Assembly (NCBI GenBank): GCA_051313645.2
Contig: JBNRSN020000014.1
Location: 8,618,001 to 8,682,000 of the forward strand
Source: Centroscyllium fabricii
Lineage: Eukaryota
DNA: 64,000 nt
Reading direction: 5' to 3'
The stretch's first letter is position 1. The number at the start of each line of letters is the position of its first letter. This document shows, one piece after another, positions 1 to 13,085 of this stretch. The translations under genes were made by a program, and so were the position numbers. The notes beneath the pieces are model-generated. The model worked only from the letters and a program-made list of their open reading frames with translations. It was not told the origin of the DNA and did no database searches.

Positions 1-97
<97 letters not shown>

Positions 98-262
98 CTA
101 TAAAAGTGAGTCAATGAACAAACAGGACAGTTAAAGGAGAATGCCTGCACGTCTCTGCTGGCTGCATTTGACAAGAATGGCACTTACAAAAGACTCCCAA
201 ATAAACAAGTCTGGCCATCATCCAATCATGGAAAAGAACGGGTTTCCTTGTTAGCATGTTAA

Positions 263-308
263 AATATATATAAATATATGTATATATATAAATATATGTA
301 TATATATT
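263..308. repeat. TA-rich microsatellite
   Basis: atatatataaatatatgt-type repeats. Confidence 0.8.
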
Positions 309-1737
309 CATAACACAACCAAATGCACTGTTCTTTGACACAAGCAAGCCATAATGTGGAGTCTACTTACACATGTAGGATGCATGTACAGCGGGGTTTG
401 CAAGCACACCGCAGAAATAAAAGGACAATTCCTTTTAAAGTTAATGATTTACATGTGTAGACTCCAGTCAGCATGCACGGGCACCAATTGCAAAAAGCAA
501 CAACAGAGCAGCAGACTGACAAGAGCAGTGGGCCCATCCAGCGGCAGCTCTTGGAACGCATGCAGCAAAATGGCCATTTCTACTATGGCCACAGTTTGAA
601 TTTATCAAAGTCATGATCCAGCTATCAAATACCCACAGAAATGGCAAGGAAAAATAAAAGGTGAGCGGACTCATCATAATAAAACCAATATAATAAACCC
701 TTCTTCTCTTTTACTTTTTTCAATTTTGCTCTAGTCCTGCATTAGGAACCTCGATCTTTCACCTGGGCTTTTCAACAAAAAAAAAAGAGCCTACACTTGC
801 TTCGACTGTTTCTTCATGGTACTTTTCCAAATCGTGCCCTTTGGCAAGAGTGAGTGAAGAACAAAAGAGGCAGCTAGAGTACCCGGCAATGACTCCTGGG
901 CAGATCAGTGAGTTCTACACATGGAAAGTGGCAACAACAGTCCCATGGCCCAAGCACCAGATGCAAACTCTAAAGATGCGGCACGGCAACTTATTGGCAA
1001 GGATGCCCCCACCCCCTCTTGTGACAGAACTGGGAACCAAGGAAAGGCCTTTCACACTGGGCAGAAGATCATTTTGAGAGTTCACTCTGCTACAGAACAT
1101 TGCCCCTCTGCCTTCTATATCTGGAAGTGTAATTGTACAAAGTATTGGCTAAAATTACAATTAAAAAACATAAGTTCTGTGACCTTGTCTTGGAGCTGGA
1201 TTGAAATGTCTCCCAAATTCATTTAATGCGGAACCCTTACGATAGAGACTTTCACCATCATTATGGCCTAGATACAACTCAGGTCTTACAGGTGAAAGGG
1301 CACTGTACTAATCCATTGCTCAATACAGTCCCTTCCTAATATATTTAATAATTTCATTTAAAATAATATATTCATTATTTAATGTAATTTATTACATCTT
1401 TAAATTTGTATTTGGCAATAGGTGACACATCAGAGCTGTCAATCTCTTTCAATATATTGCTTTTTGTTAGAAGGATTCTTAATAACAGTCACCCATGGAT
1501 ATTTCAAAATCTTCATCACCCGTGTTAGGTAAGGTTGAGGCAGCAGGTCAGTCAGATACATGCACAAGTCTTCAATGCACCAGTGACAAAACACAAGGAA
1601 AGAGTCCAAAGCAGGGAATGGGGCCCACAGGCTTGAAGAGAAAACACAAAAGCAAAGGGATTTCTTTTGGCTCTAAAGATCTGAAAAGCCATCCATCCCA
1701 AAAAATGTACCTGTGAATGTTTGTGATGTGATTTCAG

Positions 1738-2545
1738 TACCTATGGCCAAATCCCTTTTCCCATAATGTAATCCCATTGCTTTTGGTAATATTTTATTAC
1801 CTATGCTATAATCCCATTCATGCCTTACGGTACTTTAATTGTGATCCCATTGCCTATGGTCAGGTTCCATTACCTATGATATAATTCTCATTGTCTCTGG
1901 GGTAATTACCTTAAATCAAAGGGTGTTACCTCCAATCTGCTCTCATAAGAACATAAGAATTAGGAGCAGGAGTAGGCCACATGGCCCTTTGAGCCTGCTC
2001 CGACACGGCTGATCTTCAACCTCAACTCCACTTTCCCGCCCAATCTCCATATCCCTCGATTCCCCTAGAGTCCAACAATCTATCGATCTCAGCCTTGAAT
2101 ATACTCAACGACTCAGCATCCACAGCCTTCTGGGGTAAAGAATTGCAAAGATTCACCACCCTCTGAGTGAAGAAATTCCTCCTCATCTCAGTCTTAAATG
2201 GCCGACCCCTTATCCTGAGACTATGCTCCCTGGTTCTAGACTCCCCAGCCAGGGGAATCAACCTCTCAGCATCAACCCTGTCAATCCCCCTCAGAATCTG
2301 ATGTTTCAATGAGATCATCTCTCATTCTTCTAAACTCCGGAGAGTATCGGCCCAATCTACTCATTGCTTATGGAGTACTCCTTTTGGCTGTAGTGTAAAC
2401 CTATTGCATAAGATATCATCCCAGTGCATATGGTGTGATCTGGTTACCCAAGGTCAATATCTATGGTATAGTTTCACTGCCTGAATTCAAATGCCATCAT
2501 TTACGATACAATCTCAGAGCCCAAGGTTAAATTCCATTACTATTA
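1738..2545. repeat. Degenerate ~20-bp minisatellite (cccattgcctatggtataat-like), split by a CR1 3' fragment
   Basis: Recurrent ccatt(g/a)cctatg units at 1738-1910 and 2360-2545. Confidence 0.55.
1945..2365 (-). mobile_element. CR1 LINE 3' fragment
   Basis: ORF2 C-terminus RRNFFTQRVVNL plus 3' UTR ending in (ttcttatg)n. Confidence 0.85.
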
Positions 2546-4936
2546 TAGACATAGAAACATAGAAGATAGGAGCAGGAGTCGGCCATTCGGCCCTTCGAGC
2601 CTGCTCCGCCATTCAATGAGATCATGGCTGATCATCCAAATTCAGTACTCTGTTCCTGCCTTCTCCCCAGATCCCTTGATCCCTTTAGCCTCAGGAAATA
2701 TATCCAACTCCTTCTTGAATATATTTAATGAATTGGCCTCAACTGCCCTGTGTCCAGATACACCACATCCACTGGTTCTCCCTTATCTATTCTACCAGTT
2801 ACATAGAAGCAGGAGTAGGCCATTCGGCCCCTCGGGCCTGCTCTGCCATTCAATGAGATCATGGCTGATCATTCAAATTCAGTACCCTGTCCCTGCCTTC
2901 TCCTCATATCCCTTGATACCTTCAACCTTAAGGAATATATCCAACTCCTTCTTGAATATATTTAATGAATTGGCCTCTACTGCCTTCTGTGGTAGAGAAT
3001 TCCACAGGTTCACCACTCTCTGGGTGAAGAAATTCCTCCTCATCTCTGTCCTAAATGGTTTACCCCTTATCCTTAGACTATGACCCCTGGTTCTGGACTC
3101 CCCAGCCATCGGGAACATCCTTCCTGCATCTAGTCAGTCCAGGCCTGACAGAATTTTAGAGGTTTCGATGAGATCCCCTCTCAATCTTCTAAACTCCAGT
3201 GAGTATAGGCCCAATCGACACAATCTCTCCTCATATGTCATTCCTGCCATCTCAGGTATCAGCCTGGTGAATCTTCACTGCACTTCTTCTATGGCAAGAA
3301 CATCCTACCTCAGATAAGGTGACCAAAACTGCACACAATATTCAAGGTGTGGTCTCACCAAGGCCCTGTACAACTGCAGCAAGACATCCTTGTTCCTGTA
3401 CTCAAACCCTCTTGCTACGAAAGCCAACATACCATTTTCCTTCTTAACCGCCTGCTGCACCTGCATGCTTACCTTCAGCGACTGGTGCACAAGAACACCC
3501 AGGTCTCTTTGCACTTCCCCTTCTCCCAATCTATTGCCATTCAAATAATAATCTGCCTTCCTGTTTTTGCCACCAAAGTGGATAACCTCACATTTATCCA
3601 CATTATAGTGCATTTGCCATGTTTCTGCCCAATCACCCAACCTGTCCAAATCGTATTGGAGTTTCACGACATCTTCCTCTTTGGAGATATTACATCTAGT
3701 TCCCTCGTCCAGATCATTAATATATATATTGTGAACAGCTGGGATCCTAGGACCGATCCTTGCGGTACTCCACTCGTCACTGCCTGCCACTCGGAAAATG
3801 ACCCATTTATTCCAACTCTTTGCTTTCTATCTGCCAATCAGTTCTCTATCAAAGTCAATACCTTGACCCCAATCTCATGTGCCTTAATTTTGCACGCTAA
3901 TCTCTTATGCGGGACCTTATCAAAAGCCTTCTGAAAGTCCAAATACACCACATCCACTGGTTCTCCCTTATCTATTCTATCGGTTACATCCTCAAAAAAT
4001 TCCAATAGATTAGTCAAGCGTGATTTACCTTTTGTAAATCCATGTTGACTTTGTCCGATCCTGTCACTGTTTTCCAAGTGCTCTGCTATTACATCTTTTA
4101 TAATGGACTCTAGCATTTTCCCCACTACCCACCCCACTTTTTCTCTACCAACTTTTTTGAATAGTGGGGTAACATTAGCTACCCTCCAATCCATGGGAAC
4201 TGTTCCAGAGTCTATCGAGTTCTGGAAGATGATCAGCAATGCATCTACTATTTCTAGGGCCACTTCCTTAAGTACCCTTGGATGTAGATTATCAGGCCCT
4301 GGGGATTTATCGGCCTTCAATCCCATCAATTTCCCTAACAATACTGATTTAATTCAATTCTTCCCTCTCATTAGACCCTATGTTCCTCAATATCTCTGGG
4401 AGATTATTTGTGTCCTCCTTTGTGAAGACAGAACCAAAGTATGTATTTAATTGGTCAGCCATTTCTTTGATCCCCATTATAAATTCCCCTGATTCTGACT
4501 GCAAGGCACCTATGCTTGACTTCACCAATCTTCTTCTCTTCACATATCTATAGAAGCTTTTACAGTCAGTTTTTATGTTCTTTGCAAGCTTACTCTCATA
4601 ATCTATTTCCCCCTCTTAATTAATCCCTTTGTCCTCCTTTGCTGAATCCTAAACTGCTCCCAATCCTCAGGTTTGCTGCTTTTTCTGGCCAAATTATATG
4701 TCCTCTCCTTGGATCTTATACTATCCCTAATTTCCCTTGTTAGCCACGGTTGAGTCACCTTTTTTGTTTTATTTTTATGCCAAACAGAGATGAACAAATT
4801 TAGTTCATCCATGTGATCTTTAAATGTTTGCCATTGCCTGTCCACCGTCAACCCTTTAAGTAACATTCCCCAATCCCTCTTAGCCAACTCGTGCCTCATA
4901 CCATCGTAGTTTCCTTTATTTAAACTCAGGACCATA

Positions 4937-5732
4937 GGGGGAGAATTTCCTGGAGGTGCGGGAACCTGGCGTGGATTGGTCGGGGCGGATTCCTGTCCCG
5001 CCCGCCCAAGGGCCTGGGAAGCCGACACTATTTTCGGTTAATTGCTCAATTAAATCCCCGCGTGCAGGGTGCCCCTGGTAATTGCAGCAGTCGAGTTGCC
5101 AATTACGGAGCTCAAACGGCATTCCAGGAGGTTGTCAGACAGCTGCGGCAACTGTGTGTTTACAGTTCCCATGGAAACACTCCATTGTGACATCACAGTG
5201 GAGTGGAACCAATGGGAAAGGCCAAGTGCTGTTGAGTGTCAGGTGGGCGGGCGGGCTGCAAATCTTTTGACAGCTAGGGGCCGGCTGTCAGTGGAGCTGG
5301 GAAGGTTTTTCCCCACAGCTGGTCTTCACCCAAGGGAGTGATTTACTCCTCCAGGGTGTTGAAGGCCTGGGAAGCATTTTGCTCCAGGTCCTTCAACACC
5401 TTGAAGGAGAAAATTAGCAAGACCACTGTGCTCCCGCTGGGTTTCACCTGCGGGGTTTTAGGATGGCGGGGTTTGGGTGGGAAGGGGTTGAAAATTACTA
5501 AGGGCCCTTAAAATGGCATTACAGGTGCCAATTAAGGGTCCTTAATGAGCTGAACAACCATCCCCGCTGGCTGCCGGCGGGAAAGATTCGGGGCGGGGAG
5601 ACAGGGCGGTGTAAAATGCAAAATCGGCGAGGATCCGGCGGGGGGGGGGGGGGGGGGGACCCACCGGTTCCGCTATTTTGCCGTCCAACCCACCGAAAAC
5701 CCCGCCTCACGGGGACATGAAAATTTTGGCCC
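4937..5732. mobile_element. MITE nested in CR1
   Basis: Imperfect TIRs GGGGGAGAATTT / AAATTTTGGCCC; TA flanks; CR1 is contiguous across the insert; related fragments at ~19830-20000 and ~63595-63720. Confidence 0.7.
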
Positions 5733-6171
5733 TAGTCTCTGAGTCAATTACGTCACTCTCCATTTTAATGAAGAATTCTATCTTATTATGATCGCTCCTC
5801 CCCAAGGGGCCTGCACAACACGACTGCTAATTAATCCTTTCTCATTACATAATACCCCGTCTAAGATGGCCTGATCTCCCGTTGGTTCCTCGACATATTG
5901 GTCCAGGAAACCATCCCGCATACACGCTCGGAATTCCTCCTCCACAGTATTGTTACTAATTTGGTTAGCCCAATCTATATGTAGATTAAAGTTACCCATG
6001 ATAACTGCTGTGCCCTTATTGCACGTGTCTCTAATTTCCTGTTGAATGCCATCCCCAACCTCAGCATTACTGTTTGGGGGTCTGTATACAACTCCCACTA
6101 ACGTTTTCTGCCCTTTGGTATTTCTCAGCTGTGCCCATACAGATTCCACATCATCAGAGCTAATATCTTTC

Positions 6172-6548
6172 ATAAGAACATAAGAAATAGGAGCAGGAGT
6201 AGGCCAATCGGCCCCTCGAGCCTACACCACCATTCAACCAGATCATGGCTGATCTGATCCTAACCTCAAATCTACTTTCACTCTCCATCCCGCCCGAACC
6301 CATGTGATCTCCTGGGAGAGGCGAAAAACCAGACAAAAACCCATTGGCCAATTTGGGAGAAAAAATCTGGGAAATTCCTCTCCGACCCATCTAGACGATC
6401 GAAACTTGTCCAGGAGATCACATTGCCGATCTGAACCTAGCATCACGTCCATTTACCTGCCCGCTCACCATAACCTCTAATTCCCTTTACTTTCAAGAAA
6501 CTGTCAATCTCGGTTTTAAATTTATTCAAAGTAGTAGCTTCCACAGCT
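6172..6548 (-). mobile_element. Second CR1-type 3' tail nested in CR1 ORF2, with an internal 14-bp inverted-repeat insert
   Basis: cataagaacataagaa tail; ORF2 resumes on both sides. Confidence 0.7.
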
Positions 6549-7546
6549 CTTTCCTTACTATTGTGTTAATCTCCTCTTTAACCAGCAATGCTACCCCACC
6601 TCCTTTTCCTTTTTTCCTGTCCTTCCTGAATATTGAATACCCCAGGATGTTGAATTCCCAGTCTTGGTCACCCTGGAGCCATGTCTCCGTAATCCCAATT
6701 ATATCATATGCGTTTACATCTATTTGCGCAGCTAATTCATCCACCTTATTCTGAATGCTCCTCGCATTAAGACACAAAGCATTCAGGGTGAATTTTTTAA
6801 CACTCTTAGTCCTTTTAGAATTATTATTTACTGTGGCTCTGTTTGATTTACACCCTTGATTTCTCTGCCTTCCACTTTTGCTTTTCTCCTTCCTGTCTTT
6901 TGTTTCTATCCTTGCTTCCCTTTCCTCTGTCTCCATGCACAGGTTCCCAAACCCCTGCCATTTTAGTTTAAACCCGCCCCAACAGCACTAGCAAACACTC
7001 CTCCTAGGGCATTGGTTCCGGTCCCACCCAGGTGCAAACTGTCCAGTTTGTACTGGTCCCACCTCCCCGAGAATCGGTTCCAATGTCCCAGGAAATAAGA
7101 TTTATTATTGCCTATGCTTTGTGGTATTTTGGAATGGTTGGATTGATACATTTTAATACTTTATAAGGCTTGCTTAGAGCATCTCTATGTGAATGTATGG
7201 CTGAGACTGGGAACTCACCAGTATATTGTTATTTGGGAGGTAGTGGGGGATTATTATTATTTGAGAGCAGGATGAGCGGAGTTGGTTGTAAACTTCTATG
7301 CTGCCCTAATAGCCTACAAGGTATTTCATTTACAAGAATTTTCCCTTCTATTTTACACCAAGGTTCCCACCACACAGGGACATTATCGCCCAATCTGCAG
7401 CAAGGAGTGTGGGACAACTCTGGATGGGGAGGGAACAGATTAGAATTCCAAAGTAATATTAGCAGGTTTTCATCTCATTCTTCACTTCTAACTAACTTGT
7501 TCAGACGCTAGTAAACCCGGTAAATGTCTTCTTTGTGACAGGAATC

Positions 7547-8092
7547 ACCTGCTGAAACCCTCATCCATGTTTTTCTTAGCTGGCCCCTATCTTCCACCCT
7601 CCATAAACTGAAGTTCATCCAAACCTGCTGCCCGAATCCCAACCTGCACCAAGTCCCGCTCACCCATTTCTTCTGTGCTTGCTGACCTACAATAGCTCAT
7701 AACCCACCAACGCCTTGGTTTTAAAATTCCCATCCTAGTGTTGACATTCCTCCATGGCCTCGCCCCTCCCTATCTCCGTGACCTCTTCCAGCCCTACAAT
7801 AACTCTGCGCTCCTCCAACTCTGGCCTCTTGTGCATCCCGCACTCCCTTTGCCCCACCACTGACGGCCGTGCTTTCAGCCATTTAGGTCCTAAACTCCGG
7901 ATTTCCTTCCCTAAACCTCTCTGTGTCTCTCTTCTCCTTTAGGACCCTCCTTAAAACCTACTTCTTTCACCAAGCTTTTAGTCATTCATACTAGTACCAC
8001 CTTCTTTGCCATGGTGTCCATTTTTATCTGATTATAAAGCACACTGGGACATTGTATTATGTTAAAGGCGCTATATAAATGCAAGTACTTGT
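7547..8092 (+). mobile_element. L2-like LINE 3' fragment
   Basis: Homologous to 9700-10846; ends gcgctatataaatgcaagt. Confidence 0.75.
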
Positions 8093-8737
8093 TGATTCTT
8101 GACTTTTACTTATTGTTTTCCCTTCTTGCCCTTGTTTTGCTGAATCCTATAAAGGAGCTTGCTTAACTTCCAGTTTCCATATCTGATGAAGGATCTACAC
8201 TCAAACTCATGACTTTTCTCTTTTGAAATGCTGATGGGGCTGCGGTGTATCTCCAACATTTTCTGTTTTTATTCAGAAATTCCACATTTTAGTGATGGAC
8301 CATTTTGGCAGAGGAGAGTGAGGCTTTGTATGGTCCAGACCGATCCGGTGATGGATGACTAAACAAAGTTGTACACAGGATAGATAGAGTGGTTGAGTAG
8401 ATCGACAGCTGCCTAAGTATCGTGGTGAATGGAGGGCCAAAGGTTAAGCAGTTGAGATATAGAAAGTGTCACTGTGCCACTTGGGGGAGAGTTTTTTCTA
8501 GAGAATGACACAGAAAGATGTGGAGAAGGAAAGGGGATGTTCGAAGTAATGGATACCGAGGATACGGTTGGAGATGGCCTTTTCTGTGATAGAGACCATG
8601 GAATAGAGAAGCTACGGGGGATGGCAAGGTCGAGGGAGTGGCTGTAAATATGGTTAGGAGAGTTTATACGGTGGGAGAGGTTTAGGGAGGACAGGAGGTC
8701 AGTGAATTCAGCGAAGAGAGGACAAGGGGAGCTGAGA

Positions 8738-9138
8738 GGGCGGCACGGTGGCATAGTGGTTAGCACTGTTGCCTCACAGTGCCAGGGGCCTGGGTTCAAA
8801 TCCGGCCTCGGGTACTATCTGTGTGGAGTTTGCACATTCTCCCCGTGTCTGCATGGGTTTCCTCCGGGTGCTCCGGTTTCCTCCCACAGTCCAAAGATGT
8901 GCGGGTTAGGTTGATTGGCCATGATAAATTGATCCTTAGTGTTAGGGCGATTGAATATGTGGGGTTACGGAGATAGGGTGGGATATGTGTTGATGCAGGC
9001 TCGAGAGGGATCGAGGGATATGGGGACAAGGCAGGGACGGGCTACTGGGTTTGGATGATCAGCCATGATCTCATTGAATGGCGGAGCAGGCTCGAAGGGC
9101 CGAATGGCCGACTCCTGCTCCTATCTTCTATGTTTCTA
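8738..9138 (+). mobile_element. HE1/V-SINE-like SINE: tRNA head, V-domain core and CR1-derived tail
   Basis: gggcggcacggtggcatagtggttagc head; conserved core; short tgaga direct repeats at the flanks. Confidence 0.88.
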
Positions 9139-9699
9139 TGAGATGAATGTTGAGGAGTCACTCAGTGCAGAGGTTTTCAAAAGAAAGGTGAAAAGTTCAA
9201 ACAAGGTGAAGGGCTCGAAAGAAGAGCAGGTACCAGAGGAGTAGGGGGAGCGGCCAAAGTGTGATTTGGTGATAAGGCCCATACTGTCACTGGGGCGGTT
9301 TTGGCAGGACGGGTGGTAGAAGGTATAGCAAGCCGGCAAGGCTTCAGTATGGGGCAAGGTGTCAGGATTTGTCACAGCTACAGACAGCTGATACAGGCAC
9401 AGCGGCAGAGTGGTTATGATCCTGCGCTAGTAAATTCAAATTCCACCACAGCAAGTTGTGAAACTGAATTCAACAAATCTGATCATTTGTGGGATGGCAC
9501 CAGGAAAGATCATCATAAAACCTGCCGAGTTGTAAGATGTACAAAATACATATTCTATAACTTTTTTTTTTGATGTGCCTTCGAGAACAGAGAGAAACTC
9601 TGCCAAACCGTCCTCTGTTGATTTCATAGGCTGGCTAGACTTTGCTGTACAGTAGATAGAACTGTGGAACTAACATCTGTCTGAGGCTGAACCACACTG

Positions 9700-10846
9700 T
9701 TCATAACCTTGGTGTTATATTTGACCCTGAAATGAGCTTCCAACCACACATCCGCAGCATAACTAAGACCACCTATTTCCACCTCCATAACATTGCCCGT
9801 CTCCTCCCTTGCCTCAGCTCATCCGCTGCTGAAACCTTCATCCATACCTTTGTTACCTCTAGACTTGACTATTCCAACGCACTCCTGGCTGGCCTCCCAC
9901 ATTTCACCCGACATAAACCTGAGGTGATCCAAAACTCGGCTGCCCGTGTCCTAACTCGCACCAAATCCTGTTCACCCATCACCCCTGTGCTCGCTGACCT
10001 ACATTGGCTCCCAGTTAAGCAGCGCCTCGATTAAAAAATTCTCATGCTTGTTTTCAAATCCCTCCGTGGCCTCGCCCTTCCCTATCTCTGTAATCTCCTC
10101 CAGCCCCACAACCCCCCGAGAGAGGAAAGGTCAGAGAGCAAGAGGTGTCGAGAGTCCAACTCTCTGCCGGTCCCTCCTATTGTACATCCCCTGTATCCAC
10201 CTTTTAACGCTGGAGGAACTAATTTCAAACCGGAGCACAGTTGGATAAAATGAGATGTTAGGGAAATGGAGAAGGTTGAAGATCTAAATGTCCCATGCCA
10301 GAGACTTGATCACAAAAATCTAAGCTGACACTCCAGTGCAGTACTGAGGGAGCGCTGCGCTGTTGGAAGTGCTATCTTTCAGATGAGACGATTGGACACT
10401 AGGAATTAAAGGATATGGAGATCGGGCTGGAAAGTAGAATTGAGGGCGAAGATCAACTATGATCTTATTGAATGGCGGAGCAGGCTTGAAGGGCCAAATG
10501 GCCGACTCCTGCTCCTATTTTTTGATGTTTCTATAGCTGCGCTCCTCTAATTCTGCCTTCTTGAGCATCGCTGATTATAATCGCTCAACTTTTGGTGGCC
10601 GTGCCTTCTGCTGACTAGGCACTAAGCTCTGTAATTCCCTGCCTAAACCTCTCCGCCTCGCTACCTCTCTCTCCTCCTTTAAGACGCTCCTTAAAACCCA
10701 CCTCTTTGACCAAGCTTTTGGTCACCTGCCCTAATTTATCCTTAAGTGGATCGGTGTCAAATTTGTTGTCTTAAAATACTCCTGTGCAGCGCCTTGGGAT
10801 GTTGTACTAGGTTAAAGGCGCTATATAAATACAAGTTGCTGTTGTT
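9700..10846 (+). mobile_element. L2-like LINE 3' portion, interrupted at 10120-10532
   Basis: ORF TSRLDYSNALLAGLP...LADLHWLPV; (gtt)n tail. Confidence 0.85.
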
Positions 10847-11103
10847 GAAGGCACAGCTTTGCTGCGCTAAATGGACTTTTCTCCGTTAAGGGCAAAACTT
10901 ATTCTTGAGGTGTTGGGAGAGTAGGACTGCGGTGAGGGGTGCGTGGGGCTGGGGTTGGGGGAGGGGGTGCTACAACAGAATCCAAAGCCATGCTGAAAAA
11001 AGACAGTGCAAGAAAGTAACAACAATTCACAATGCAGCCCCGCATGGCATGCCAAGGGTACTTAGTTTGTGTATGCATTAGGCTCAAAAAATTACAAACC
11101 AAC

Positions 11104-11109
11104 CGTGGT
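11104..11109 (-). CDS. CACNA1A: 6-nt cassette microexon (e31a equivalent), ACCACG = Thr-Thr
   Basis: tag|ACCACG|gttggt in the e31-e32 intron; phase 0; about 240 nt without AG and 7 YCAY motifs upstream. Confidence 0.75.
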
Positions 11110-11111
11110 CT

Positions 11112-11353
11112 ATATGTAGATGTTGTTGATGGATGATTGTAATTGGATTGCATTGGGATTAATTTGCAACCAGTTTTAAAATTAGTTGGCATGGACACAC
11201 AGACGGATACATGGATGGACACATGATATTTCATAGTGCATTTTGATTGGATGAATTATTTCAGAAGGCGTTGTGCCAATAAAGCACAGATTAAAGACAG
11301 CATGTGAAAAGATAAAACAAGAAATACATCAATCATTATAGGCAGTTCATTTT
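11112..11353 (-). promoter_or_regulatory. Splicing-regulatory zone upstream of e31a: AG-exclusion zone, distant U-rich tract and Nova-type YCAY cluster
   Basis: No AG on the minus strand for 242 nt; YCAY at plus-strand positions 11129, 11133, 11191, 11211, 11215, 11223 and 11251. Confidence 0.65.
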
Positions 11354-12769
11354 CTTTCGACAGCATTGATCTACACCAAAATACAATTGTGACAGACTGG
11401 CACACACAGGGATGGTGCACAGAGGCTGCAGGCATTGTCAGGGAAGAACAATTAACACACGTGTGTGCGCATTCACACACACTCATAGTTTGTACTTTCC
11501 TTTTAATTTGGCACTTGCATTTTTGACACTATTTTCAACTTATCATCCGTATAGCGATTGTACAAAAAGTGCCCATTTGCAGTGATTCTTATGATTTTTA
11601 TTAAGTTCTGGTGCAAAATACTGCAATTTGGACAATAATAATAATAAGAATAGCACTATTCCTAGTGAGAAAAGTAGTGCTGCTTCCAGGTTTGATAAAC
11701 AGGGCCCAAAAATAAACATCAGGTGGTAAGGGAGCACCAGTCCCATTCAGAGTGGTGGGTTAATACAGTTGGATTGTTTTTGTGGCCTCGCATACTGTTA
11801 GATCTCTGTCAGTAGTACAGGAGGCCACTGGTAAACATCCACTTTAGGTCCTACCACCCCGAATTCCCAAAGTATTCCCTAGTTGCCAGGTGCCAGTGGT
11901 TGGACCAATGTATCACTACGTAACAATGATCATCAGGCATCCAACAAAAATCTCCACATTGAATATTTTCCATTCACCACTTTTACACACACTTTCCAAA
12001 GGGGCACTGCCACCTGAAAAAATGCTTGGTAACTGGCCTCTTGCCATTTACAAACCCACAGCACAAACACATGGCAGCGCTACTTCAGCACAATATCATC
12101 AGAATTAAAATAATGTGCGGCTCTTCGCTTTCCCAAACACTTTATCATTAAGGCACTGCCCCTTTGAAAAAAAAATGTTTACGACTTTCAACCCTTAACT
12201 GTAAAAGTACTTACAATGAATAAGAAGATAAAGAGCATGCCCAGTCTGTTTTGCCTCCTGTTGCTGCCATGCTCCTTTGCTAAACAGGAGCCTTCAATTT
12301 TAGTTTTCCCTGTCATAGATTATCCTATCGTGCAGCGTTCCATACGTCCCTATTTTACATCTATATTTTTTGCATCATCACGAAGACACTGTTTACATCC
12401 CATTTTGCATTTGTCGGAATTTATGTATTTATGAAAATATGCCAGATTTTATTCATATTTTCATTACACTTTTTCAGAGAAGGTCGGTGAAAAGAGCCAG
12501 TCTTCCTTGCTGGAGGTGAACAGCTGCTGGTGGGAACAACTGATTAATCCGGATGGAACATTCTCGACAGGCTAAATGGCCTTTCCTTGTTTTTAATTTT
12601 TTTTAAATCTTCTTATAATTAATAATAACTTATCAATAATTTAAACCATGTTGTTTAGGTGGCACAGAATGGGCATGATTTCTGGACTTGGTAAGGTGAG
12701 AAATTACTCAATAGTGATTTGGGGGGAATGAGGAGAAATAGGAAATTAAGACCAGTAAAGGTCCCTGAC

Positions 12770-13085
12770 CATAGAATCATAGAATCCCTACAGTGCAGAT
12801 AGAGGCCATTTCGGCCCATCGACCCTGCACCGACATATATCCCACCCTATCCCCGTAACCCCACATATTTAATCCCCCTAACACTAAGGGTCAATTTATC
12901 ATGGCCAATCAACCTAACCCGCACATCTTTGGACTGTGGGAGGAAACCGGAGCACCCGGAGGAAACCCACGCAGACACGGGGAGAATGTGCAAACTCCAC
13001 ACAGATAGTACCCGAGGCCGGATTTCAACCCAGGCCCCTGGCATTGTGAGGCAACAGTGCTAACCACTATGCCACCGTGCCGCCC
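12770..13085 (-). mobile_element. HE1/V-SINE-like SINE
   Basis: Head and core nearly identical to the 8738 copy; (attctatg)n tail. Confidence 0.88.

Larger units (their letters stand above)
2549..7095 (-). mobile_element. 5'-truncated, decayed CR1 LINE: ORF1 esterase-like C-terminus, endonuclease, reverse transcriptase and 3' UTR, with nested insertions
   Basis: ORF fragments GRWDQYKLDSLHL, CLNARSI...GITETWL, GVVYRPP, YLDFQKAFDKVPH, LVRPHLEYCVQFWSP; frameshifts and deletions. Confidence 0.93.

Noticed and set aside
188-193. Possible 6-nt exon TCTTTT before a gtaagt
   Set aside because: GAG acceptor, weak donor context and a competing AG just upstream
8738-8812. tRNA gene-like A and B boxes
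   Set aside because: Head of a SINE, continuous with its core and tail
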